This document shows, piece by piece, positions 49,621-60,689 of a stretch of DNA of 64,000 nucleotides (within the stretch, counting starts at the first letter, position 1; each line of letters starts with the position of its first letter). Source of the stretch: Takakia lepidozioides (lineage: Eukaryota > Plantae > Bryophyta); contig CM060732.1 in NCBI GenBank assembly GCA_030704615.1, positions 71,548,001-71,612,000 on the forward strand, given 5' to 3'. The translations under genes and the position numbers were made by a program. The notes under the pieces were generated by a model. That model was not told where the DNA came from. It did no database searches and was given only the letters and a program-made list of their open reading frames with translations.

Positions 49621-52270
49621 GTGGTCTGGTGCAATCCCCACACTCTCTCCTCTCCTGACGGTACAAAAGCCTCCACCCAGGCTTGTTGCACCTGTCGATC
49701 AGCATCCTGCTGCAAATCCTTGCTCGTGCCCCACAATGGAGTCTGAGCAACCATGGTAGGCAACTCCGCCATACCATACATGTCATCCTGCTCTCCCGGA
49801 GGTGGTACATCCTCTGAATGACCATTGCCCTCAAGCAACTCTCTAAGCCAACTCACTGCCGCTGTGAATGCTGCTAGTGTCGGCATCTTGCCTCGCTGGG
49901 CAACCGCAACTCCTCCTATGAACGTCACAGGGAGCTGCACACGCCGGCCCTCCCCTGACTGCCATGCAGGCCTATAGGAAGCTGACTCTTCCCAAAAATC
50001 CAGGGTGAAGCCCATGGGGTACAACACTGCCCCACCAACCAGGACATCGTATGAGACTGCGTCTGTCACAATGGCCTTGGCTCGCATCACTGAGCCATCT
50101 GTAGGGTGATCCGGTCGTAGTCTGATAGCCAACTCATGCCGTGTCATGCCCCGACCCTGCTCCGATCCTCCCAGAGACATCTGTATCTGGAAAGGACAAG
50201 GCTCCATATCCGCCTCCGTGAGGCCCAAGCCTGCTATAGCAGCTCTGCCCAGCATCAATGGCTGAGCTCCCGAGTCCAACAAGACCCGCAGTGGCCGGTA
50301 CCTCTTGCCTGCCGGTCCACTCAAACAGAAAATGCCATCCTGGTTGTCTAACATGACAACTCCAGGTGTCACCATGGCGCGCTCAATGGCTGGCCTAGCT
50401 GGCAGCTCCATCAACCTGGCAGCTGCAGCTTGCCATGGCGCCGCCGTGGCAGTCTTGACCCTCAAATCCGAGGATCCATCCGGCACTACACCTCCCACTA
50501 TCTCCGCAGAAGATGAAGTAACCTCCCCACTCTCACAGAGTGTAGCTGCCAGCCTGAACACCTCAGCTGGTCTTATCCCCGGCGTCGCAATCATGGTAGC
50601 CGAGAACAATGGAGCCTGGCACACAGATGTGGCCGCTCCTAACAGCACACTAGCTGCCGTAGCCTTGGCAACACTAGGTAGTGGTGCTACCCGTGTAGCT
50701 CTCCCCAATGGCATAGTAACCTCCGCCTCGGTAACAGTCGGGCGAGAACTAGGTGCCATGGATGGCGTCGACACTGTCTCCGCCAATGTGAATGACTGAG
50801 GAAGCCTAGCCTGACGGCTTGCCTCCCCACGCTGTGGATCCAACTCCACCTCTGCACCTCGTGGCTCAGGAACTCGTGCTGCTCCTCGAGTCACGGCTGC
50901 AGCAGACTCCACCTGCACTAGTGGTAGTGCTGCTCCACACATGAATCCCATGCCTCCCATATCTCCTCCCTCAGGAGCAGGAGGTGGACCATCCGGCCTT
51001 AGAGCCGGTACCACCTGAGCTGTAGCCATGGCAGCGAGCCTCTGCTCTAGCTGCTGAAGCCGCTTGGTCATGCCTTGGTCAACACCCTGACCTCCGCGTC
51101 CTTGGCCACGTTGAGCTTGCCCTTGGCCTGCACCTCGTGGCTGGCCACCTCGTCCTCTCTGGGCTGCTCCACCTCGCCCCCAGCCACCATTGTTCCCTTG
51201 GAACTGGCCTGGGTGCAACTCAGGATGCAAACCATAACACTGGGCCTCTCCATGCCCGTGCTTGCCACAATGCCCACACTGCAACTGTGCAGGCTATGCA
51301 TGTGCCAGCCCTTTGCCTCCCTCTAGGCAATCCTTCTTGGCATGGGGTCCTCCACATGTCTAGCACACCACATCCGCCCGTTGTTGGCCAGCAAATGAAG
51401 GGAGAGACCCCTGCATCTGAGGTCCTCTCTGCCCTTCCCTGAGCTTCACCTGAGCCCCCTTGTTGCCTTGAGCACGTTGAGGTAGTGGTTGGCTAGGAGC
51501 ACCACTACCCCGTGGTGTCTCCTTAGCAAATCCCACCATGACCACTCGTTCCTCCACCATGTTGAGCTCTATCCGCTCTGCCAGCAAAAACACATTTGCT
51601 AAGGTGGGTTGGGCCACTTGTAGGAGAGTTGCATCCTGCACCCTTCTCCTCAGCTCCTTGTCCAATATCCCATACCAGAATTGGACTGCCTGAGCTTCCG
51701 TAACCCCTTGGGTTACATTTATCAAGCGCCTCATGCGAGTGAAAGCTCTCGGTCGGCTTCCGTTGGAACTCTTGCAAGCTCCGCAACTTCTCTGTCCTCA
51801 CCCCTTGGTAGTTCCCTCTCAACTCTTCGAAGAACTCCACAACAGGGTTGAAGGCAGGCACGGGTGCTAGTGCTGGTGCGGTAGTGGCTTGGGTGGACGT
51901 CGTAGCTACTGTACCACCAGTCCCACTGCTACTTGCTGAAGCTGCCGGTGCAGCGGCATGTGTAGCCACTGCCCTCGTGGCTCTAGTGCCCCTAGTGATG
52001 GAGATATAGTCGGGTGACCAGTACATCCTCCACTCCTCGATCTCAACCTCATGCCCCCGCCTGAACTCATGGTAATCATCCATAGGCGGCCCCTCAAGGT
52101 GCTGAAACAGCCCTTTCCATGCCATGAAAGACGTAAATAGTTGTGGATTGCGCATTTGCTGCAAATCACACCAACTATCAAACTCTTGGATAAAATCATC
52201 CAACTCGATGGTGCCCACCGCCCCAGAGTACCTTCGTGGCCCCTTGGTAGCTCCATACATCTCCTCCATT
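49620..52270 (-). pseudogene. Gag (two CCHC knuckles) and aspartic protease, disrupted
   Basis: RYSGAVGTIELDDFIQEFDSWC, knuckles C*TCGGPHAKKDC and CGHCGKHGHGEAQC, protease VLLDSGAQ...YDVLVGG. Frameshifts near 51745 and 49650 and two in-frame TAGs near 51360 and 51294. Confidence 0.88.
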
Positions 52271-52769
52271 GTGTCCCACAACAATGGCAAAGAAACAACT
52301 TGCACCGCCGGTATGAGTCCTCCTGATTCACAATCCGAATCAGAACCTTCCGTGGAAGACACAGGAGGTGAAGGTGGCCTAAACCGTACACCTCGTCTCG
52401 TGTACCCACTAGTATCGCTAGTGCTCGAACCGGCACTGTCCCCAGCAACTAGTGGCACCTCCGTGTTGACACTCAACCGATCATGAACATGTCCCTAACC
52501 CCCTCTCCACAAGGTAACCGGGTAGAGAACCTGTTGCGGCTTATGGTTTGGAATACTAAGTTCCTAACATAGCCTACACCTGTACTTGCATGACCATGGG
52601 AATATCATGAAGATACTCCTCAAACCGCCCTCCACGAGCTTCAAAATTCGGCCTTCCAGACCACATGCCAGTCCTTAGGCAGTCCACCAGTGCCTCCACG
52701 AGTCAGCACAGGCCGTCCACAGGTCAACACGGGCCACCACAGACCAGCACAGGCCCACACAGCTCACTG

Positions 52770-53950
52770 GTCACAGCCGTCACAGTCCCACAGGCCACTG
52801 GGCACAGCCTGTCACAGCCCCAAAGCCTCAGGCACGGCCTGTCACAGCCCCTCACAACGCGTCACAGCCTCAAAGGCCTCAGGCACGGCCCGTCACAGCC
52901 CCTCACAGCCCCTCATAGCCCCAAAGGCCTCAGGCACGGCCCGTCACAGCCCCTCACAGCCCCTCACAGCCTGTCACAGCCCCAAAGGCCTCAGGCACGG
53001 CCTGTCACAGCCCCTCACAACGCGTCACAGCCTCAAAGGCCTCAGGCACGGCCCGTCACAGCCCCTCACAGCCCCTCACAGCCCCAAAGGCCTCAGGCAC
53101 GGCCCGTCACAGCCCCTCACAGCCCGTCACAGCCTCAAAGGCCTCAGGCACGGCCTGTCACAGCCCCTCACAGCCGTCACAGCCTCAAAGGCCTCAGGCA
53201 CGGCCTGTCACAGCCCCTCACAGCCCGTCACAGCCTCAAAGGCCTCAGGCACGGCCTGTCACAGCCCCTCACAGCCCCAAAGGCCTCAGGCACGGCCTAT
53301 CACAGCCCCTCACAGCCCGTCACAGCCCCAAAGGCCATGGGCACGGCCTGTCACAGCCCCTCACAGCCCGTCACAGCCTCAAAGGCCTCAGGCACGGCCT
53401 GTCACAGCCCCTCACAGCCCCTCACAGCCCCAAAGGCCTCAGGCACGGCCCGTCACAGCCCATCACAGCCCAAAGGCCTCAGGCACAGCCCGTCACAGCC
53501 CGTCACAGCCCCAAAGGCCATGGGCACGGCCTGTCACAGCCCCTCACAGCCCGTCACAGCCTCAAAGGCCTCAGGCACGGCCTGTCACAGCCCCTCACAG
53601 CCCGTCACAGCCTCAAAGGCCACTGGGCACAGCCCGTCACAGCCCCACACAGCCCGTCACAGCCCCACAGGGCACAGGGCACAGCCTGTCACAGCCCGTC
53701 ACAGCCCCAAAGGCCACTGGGCACAGCCTGTCACAGCCTGACACAGCCCGTCACAGCCCCACAGGGCACAGGGCACAGCCTGTCACAGCCCATCACAGCC
53801 CATCACAGCCTGTCACAGCCCGTCACAGCCCCACAGGCCACAGGGCACAGCCTGTCACAGCCCATCACAGCCCATCACAGCCTGTCACAGCTTGCGACAG
53901 CCCGTCACAGCCCGTCACAGCTCGCTACAGCCTGTCACAGCCCCACACAT
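52770..53950. repeat. GC-rich minisatellite (TCACAGCCC core) in the Gypsy leader
   Basis: Nested 10-12-bp units (CCCGTCACAG, CCCCTCACAG) combined with AAAGGCCTCAGGCACGG into variable higher-order units. Confidence 0.95.
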
Positions 53951-55479
53951 GGCCGCTCTGGCAGTTTAGCCATTTCTCCAAGGGGTTTAGCCACGCCAAG
54001 CTAGGGTTTGTGTCTCTTGGACTCTAGGCTTCTTTCCACCGAGCTATGGTGGCTGTGAGGAAATCAGCAAGGTATCCTTGCTCTTTCGGCTCCCACACAC
54101 CACCATAGTAGCCCTAAGCCATGAGGTGGTTGCCACAAACCAAGCCTTCTTTCTCACTTAGCCTCCCCAAACACGCCACTAAACTCAATGGCAAACAACC
54201 AAGCCCTGCTGGTTCCCAGCCCTTGTGAGCACTCATTCAAGCACTCTCATTGGCCATAGCATCTGTCTTAGAGCCTATTCCAGCCCTCTACACCTGTTGC
54301 TTCAAGAGTTGTGTTCCCTTCAAGCTTGAAGTTGAAACCCCAACTCACATAGGCCCTACAAGTGCTTTTCTTTCACTCCAAGTGGAAACCAGCCCTAGAC
54401 CTTCCGTTCTAGCTCTCTAAGGCTTGAAAACAAGAGCCTCAATGGGCTGAAGGCATGCTCCATACATGCCCCACTCTCACCATAAGAGAATCAGCTCCTT
54501 TGCTTCATTTCTTGCACCCACAAACCTGAAATTACAAGCTTCAGCAGGCTGAAAGCATGCTCTACATGCCCTACAGGGTAACCAGCCCCTTCCTTCCTTT
54601 CTTGCACTCCCACACCTAAAAGTGCAAGCCTTCACCAGGCTGATAACATGCTCCACACATACATTGCCCTCACATAAGGGAAGTCAGCCCTTCCCTCTTC
54701 CTTGCTTGCTCTCCAAGCTTGAAGATGGAAGCTTCAATGAGCTGAATACATGCTCCACACATGCAACCTCTTCACACAAGAGATATCAGCCCCCTATCTT
54801 GGCTCCTTGGCTCTTTGATGCTCTCTAAGACAAGACTAAGCACTCCACAGCCTTTGCCAAGCTCCTGAAACCCTAAGGCTTACATTTCCAGCCACAAGAC
54901 ACTTCTCTTGTGGTGCAAGAGCTCTTCTTCCAAGCTCTGAAACCCTAGGTGCACATTCCATGGCCTTGCCGCACCTCTTAGCTCCTGTTCCAGCCCTGCT
55001 CTTGCCATGACAAGAGCCCTCTCAATGCTGAAGCTCGAGATTGAAACCCAATCTCACCATACTCCACAAAGTGCATTGATTTGCCCCAAGCCAAATCAAC
55101 CCTTTCGCTTGGTCTTGCAATCCTTCACACAATGGAAGCTCGCATTCCCAGGTCCAGTTCTCAACTTTGCCACCAAAGCCACTATAACCTGCACTTGACT
55201 GGTCCTCTTCCCAATCGTGCTTGCTCATGCATGTACACAATCTGAAACCATCAAGGTGCTCTGGAATTACCTGCAGCATGGTGCTTTCATCTCTGAAGCT
55301 GAAGATCGAATGCCAAGGTCTACCACCTCGTAACCCACATCGCCTCCGCTTCTAACAACCAAGAGCTCCATGGTGCTCCTTGCATAACAACTTGGTTTCT
55401 CTCATTCTCAAGCAAAAACCACAAGTGTTATAACTAACTCGTATCTGGCACTCACAGATACGAGCTGATCTTTCTCGAG

Positions 55480-55806
55480 TGATAAAGAAGAAGAATACAA
55501 GCACAAGCTCATGCGAGCTCACAAAGCTGAAGCATAAACTCATGCATATATAACCTCATCACTCAAATACAAGTCAAGCCAAGTGCACCCCACGCCATGG
55601 GGAATCCACACTACGGCGCCATAGCTAGGCGCGGTGAGGCTCAACTCGAGAAAGATGAGCCTCCCGCGCTTGCCGTGAAGATAACCACTCCAGGGCCTAA
55701 ATCTGTCTGGACCCCTGGATTGACACTTGGGCCAATCCCAAATGTCAATATGTAAAAGCTAACTGTTTCCTAGCTAGTTTCACACTAGTGGTAAAATAAC
55801 TTGACA
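55480..55806 (-). repeat. 5' terminal repeat X of the Gypsy element
   Basis: 327-bp near-identical copy of 44441-44767; sense begins TGTCAAG and ends TTTATCA. Confidence 0.95.
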
Positions 55807-56613
55807 AACGCAGCTACGTATCATAGAGACGGAAAATTGCGTTTTTTTTTTAATTCCATTTTCAAGCCATATGCTTAATGATAGCATATGCAATGTGCGT
55901 GCAAAATTTGGGAGTAAACAAAAGTCATTTGGACCCATAACCAGATTTTGTTCTCTCATTTGCACTCCAAAGTTGAGTTATTTTCAACTTTATGCACTCT
56001 TCATAAAGAGTTTTGCAAAAGTGACCCTAGAAATACACTTATTTTTTTTCCATTTTTTTTTTGTCCAATGTTTTGCATGGATGTAGTGGTGCAAAAGCCC
56101 GATGTCATACAACAGAATAGAGCTAAAAATAAAATCATTACGCCCCTCAAAACCGCAATCATATATTTTCTAAATGCAAATATTTATTTTAAATTCATTT
56201 AAATTCGATTTAATTCAAAATTGGTGCAAGGGTGAGTGCGTCGTTGGGGAGGCAAATGTTTTTTTTTTTTTTTGTTTTTTTGTTTTTTTTTTAAAAAAAA
56301 TTAATTAAAATTTTTTTTCTGTTGGATCTTTGTACAGGTGTTGCACACATATTTAAGCACATGTAAGAAAAAATGAAGCTTGAGCCACATCCGTTTGTTG
56401 GGTGCAATGGCATGAGAGGATTTTTTTTCACATTAATAAACAAAAATTGGTTGATAGGGTGAATGCGTTATTGGGGGGCAAATGATTTTGTTTGGGTTTG
56501 AAACTTTGCATATGTGTATGTTGCGCACATACATGTAATTATTGAATGACATATTTGATGCACACACACATTGAAGGTTGTTGTTTGCATTTCGCTTATA
56601 ATGAAGTGTATGG

Positions 56614-57310
56614 TTGCAAGGACACATTATAATATATGTCCATATGTTCATTTGTTCGTATCAGGATTTTGTCCATTCCTTCCCGGTCCTTTCTCTTGGC
56701 ACCCCATCCGAAAACAACCCAAGTACATTAGGCGGGAGCCGTAGGCGAGACGCCGCCCCCACGGTACCGGACGATGATAAGGATGACAGTGACAGTGACA
56801 GTGACAGTGACAACAACAATGAGCATGGAATTAACCAGGAGGATGTGCAAGCCATGGAGGATCTCTTAATGCATTATCTGGGCGCTGATGCATCCCATGA
56901 AGAGGGAACCCGACCAATCGACGATCCTGAAATGACCCCCTCAAATGACATGGAGAGGGAGGCGAGAACTCCCTTGTACGAAGGGGCGAAAATGAGTCGA
57001 TTTTCAACAATCTTACTTTTGCTCAATCTTCAAATTCGATTTGGCATAAGTAATGTTGGGATGTCTGCCATAATGCGAACTATTGCAAACTATATCCTTG
57101 CTCCACATTTGAAATCCAAGATGCCACGGTCGCGGAAAGAGGCGTGCGACATCTTGGACTCTGTGGGGATGGGCTATAAGTTTTTTTATGCATGTCCATG
57201 TGATAAAACCCTATACTACGGAGAGGATTCGCGTCTCACCAAGTGCCCAAAGTGCAAGAAAGACAGATATCGGGATGATGTCCAAGGGAAAAAAGTACCA
57301 CGCAAGGTAT
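56614..57310 (+). pseudogene. CACTA/EnSpm transposase (Tnp2/Transposase_21) N-terminal fragment
   Basis: EARTPLYEGAKMSRFSTILLLLNL...MPRSRKEA...GMGYKFFYACPCDKTLYYG...KCPKCKKDRY...VPRKV, followed by a GT donor; no downstream exon found. Confidence 0.88.
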
Positions 57311-57471
57311 AAGCGTCATTCCCCCTCGCATGGAGATTACTTTCTTTAATCTTCTCAATGTATGTAAAGTGTATTCCACAAAGTTTAGGGTTTAGAGAGT
57401 AATACTCATGCAAGATCTGATTGTGGTTTTGGAAGGAGTGAGTGAGGAGTGGAAGGAGCGACGTTTTGCTG

Positions 57472-57704
57472 GTGAGGACCACGGGGTGTAGACATCCATG
57501 ACACACATGGGAGGTGCTCGAGGTTCAGAGGGAGTTGGCAGCCAAGGCGGCTGTGATGGATGAGGTTGGGGATTCTTCTCGGGTTGAGGAGGTCCTCAAG
57601 GATGAGATGATTGGGCAGGATGAGGCCTTGTCATTGACTGAGCAGGTAGGGAATACTGCTCAAGAGGTTGCAACATAGCAACCACTGGACACGTCCTCTA
57701 CCTC
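57472..57704 (+). mobile_element. 233-bp diverged fragment of the same Gypsy family (DNMT-RT linker)
   Basis: Colinear with the reverse complement of 48291-48523, with scattered substitutions. Confidence 0.93.
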
Positions 57705-57710
57705 GGGGGG

Positions 57711-57979
57711 TGCTATTCCGTGAGTCCGGAGGCGTGAGCCTGTGAGCCCAGGAAACCGTGAGCCCAGCACACGCTCACGCCACGTCAGCATGCATACAGG
57801 GCCTGTCACCTATTACCGCGGGTTGAACAGCCATTTCCCGGGAATGCAGACTGGATGTATTACATCCATTTGTATCCATCCTTTGTATCCATTGTATCCA
57901 TCTAGACGTTATCAAAGACTTTCCTTCATATAAAGAATTAATCCAGGTTTTCCAGATATCCTCTAGAAATCCCTTCACA
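57711..57979 (+). repeat. Possible LTR of another retroelement
   Basis: Preceded by GGGGGG (PPT-like), starts with TG, contains short internal repeats and ends ...CTTCACA. No second copy in the window. Confidence 0.3.
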
Positions 57980-58957
57980 CAAGCATCAATCTGCTGTGTG
58001 TAATTTGCCCAAAAACTAGGCCTCAGGAGGGCCTGGGCTTTTGGCTCAGCCTCGAGACTGTCGGGAGCTTAAGGACGGAAAGCCAAACTCTGCATTGGAA
58101 TGTGGGTACGTCGTGAGGAGGTGCACACTGACATCATCTAAAGCGGATCCCTGCGAAATCTTTTCTTACTCACCACCTTTGCGAACATGCCAAGTATGTG
58201 CGGGAGCATCATGGATGCTCACCAGATTTGAGAATGCCTGAACGATCTTTGATCATGTGGACTTCACCTCGATGGATTCACCAAGTCTTCTTCTAGCAGG
58301 AATGGTTTGGAGACAAGCGAGCAAATGATGCGAGAATGCTGTACACGAACCAAAGTCGATTGTTTGTTTTTGAAATGCACTCAAGCTTGTGAGGTCCACA
58401 AAACTCTAAATAGATTGAAGGAACAATCCGGGCAGTCCATGCAACCCCCATCTCCAATAATAGTTTGTTCCCATGAAGTTGCATCCCACGCACACATTGC
58501 AAACAGGACAACAAGGACACACAACCATCCCATTTCAAATTTGGCCCCGAATAAAACCAAAAGAAAACTTCATATCAAGTGTCACAGTCATCAGAATCAC
58601 TCTCGACCTCCTGTGCTATGTCATCCACAAAGATTCTGGCCCCAACACCACGTCTTCTACCACGGCCGTCAATGGGCGAACAGCGAGTGCCATGAATGGA
58701 CATGCTTGTTGCGAGTGCCTCCGCATAGACAAGTTGCACGTAAGACCGAGGAGGACTTGAAAGAAGTCCAAATAGGTGTGATAGCCCTGGAGGGTAGTGG
58801 AAGCACGCGGACTCCTACACATATCGACAAAAATCCATTTTGAACACAATGATGCAATACACAAGTCCAACGAAGAGGATGTTTCCCATGTGCACTTTGC
58901 CTCAAGAACAGTGATTCTGGATATTGAAACAACAATACAAGCATCCACAGGTTGAAC

Positions 58958-60632
58958 TTACTCACAGGCAAAGTCGGAGTCCAGCTCCTTGTCGGAAGTC
59001 TCCCCTGTATCAATATCACCGAGAAGGGGCTTCGGAAGGATTTGAGAAGTGTGTCCACCCAAACCCATCAGGAGGTTCTTGTAAATCTCGGCATCCCCTT
59101 CAATCCCAAAGAGATGTTGCGCACTAGCCTTGCAAGCGTGGTACAAAGCATCTGCAGTGGAACAGAATGAAGAAAACAGACATTGAAGACACATTTGGAA
59201 CGGTGGGAAGTTATGAAAGTGCAAGCTCAAACAAAAACCTCATGAAATGTGAATGTTGAAGAGACGAACCTGTGCCCTTTGACAAATCCAGAACTCTAGC
59301 GTCTGTGTAGGTGCAGCACTCCACAATTGTTTGAATGAAAGCCGAGCTCTTCTCCCTCGCCCCTCTCCAAGGAACCCCATTCCCCCTTCGCAAGCACACG
59401 TTGCTATCGACGTAGTTGTGGTGCATGTCATCCGTGGGAGGATCTGTCCTCTCGTCTATGAACTTGCCCCCATGAGTGATGACGAACTCCGGAATGATGG
59501 CCGGAGTCGTAGGTGGATGCACTCGGACGAGACAAACAGTTTCAAACAAACGAGTCTGCGAACAGGACATGCACGAGGAACTAAGAAGCTCCAAAACCAG
59601 GCCCCAACATATGAGTTTGAGCGACCTATACAACTCCATCCAAGAACCAGCAAGAAGAGGAACAAGAAGGCAAATTTACCATCTCTCCCAGACGATCCCC
59701 CTTCGTCAGGTACATGTTGTTCACACAATTCCATGTCTTCACGACCCTCATACCGGAGGCTTTCAAATAGCTGGCAAGTGCACGGCGACAGTGAAGGTCG
59801 ATGGACTGGATGAGCGCCAAAACACCTGCATCGCACAGATATAAATTGCAAAAGGAGAAAACCCACTGCCAATAGCGTTCATCAAAAGCATTCCAACCCG
59901 GACAAGCACCCGATGGAGGGACATCCGGAACTGGCAACCCATCAGGGATGTCCAAGATGATGAGTTCGGCTGCATATGGCTTCTCCTTCCCGTTTACCCA
60001 GGATTTGGTCATTTTAGCCTGCAAACAAGAATACAATGGAATGCTCAAGAGGATTGAAATGATCCATGCCCACAACAGACAAGAAGCAAAAGACAACACG
60101 CACCGTGCCGAGGAACTCCACAATCCTCTCCCACACTGGTGATGGCTTGCCCTTGTAATCAGATTTCTTGGACTCCATCATGGCAAGGAACCTGATGTTG
60201 GCCATCTCCAACCTGGTAGGGCGAATGACCCTCGTGGGATGTTCCACTGCATGGTACGGGTCCTTGGGATCAACCACCCCCTTGTTCTTTCTCCCGGATC
60301 CCTTACCATGCGGTGGAGTCTGCTGGACATGCACCACAGGGCCAGGTTCTGCAACACTTCCCTGCCCACCTACCTGCCCTTGTGCCCCTTCCCCTACCCC
60401 TTCCTTTCCCCACACCACCAGCAACATCTTTTCCCTTTGCATTTCTACCTCTACCCGGGGTATCCTGAGCGGGAGGCTCCTTCTCTGCAAGAGTCCTCAA
60501 ATTTCTATCATGAATGTCGAGGTTGGCTGCTGCGGCGGTGGCTGCTATACGCTCATTCTCTCTCCTCAAAGACACCTCCTGAGCTGGGGTCTCAGAAGGA
60601 GGGCAATCCAAATACCATGGGAGTTTTGACAA
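58958..60632 (-). pseudogene. Spliced beta-class N6-adenine/N4-cytosine DNA methyltransferase-like gene. Exons ~60632-60104 (one frameshift), 60018-59680, 59555-59270, 59151-58958
   Basis: Three phase-consistent GT-AG introns join AELIILDIPDG (motif IV position), W...FCNLYLCDAGVLAL, EKSSAFIQTIVECCTYTDARVLDLSKGT (motifs X-I) and ALYHACKASAQHLFGIEGDAEIY (motif II). This IV-X-I order is that of the N6_N4_Mtase family. Confidence 0.68.
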
Positions 60633-60689
60633 CTATGGGAGTTTTGAGCATGCATACTGGCCCTGTTAGGCCCAATTTCACATAGAAAA

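Larger units (their letters stand above)
44252..55806 (-). mobile_element. Ty3/Gypsy retrotransposon with DNMT3-like and PHD domains and split (permuted) terminal repeats
   Basis: Ends TGTC...GACA flanked by a 4-bp TSD AACG (44248-44251 and 55807-55810). Domain order is Gag-PR-DNMT-RT-RH-IN-PHD. Repeats: Y at 44252-44441 and 44770-44947, X at 44441-44767 and 55480-55806. Confidence 0.95.

Noticed and set aside
52665-54027. Long + strand ORFs (358 and 445 aa)
   Set aside because: Stop-free by-products of the minisatellite; several frames are open and give the same periodic peptides.
44252-55806. DIRS/Ngaro tyrosine-recombinase element
   Set aside because: The repeat layout matches, but the element encodes a protease and an HHCC-DDE integrase, has a TSD, and shows no tyrosine recombinase motifs.
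58041-58950. Overlapping ORFs with possible protease-like or transposase-like fragments
   Set aside because: No motif set could be assembled with confidence.
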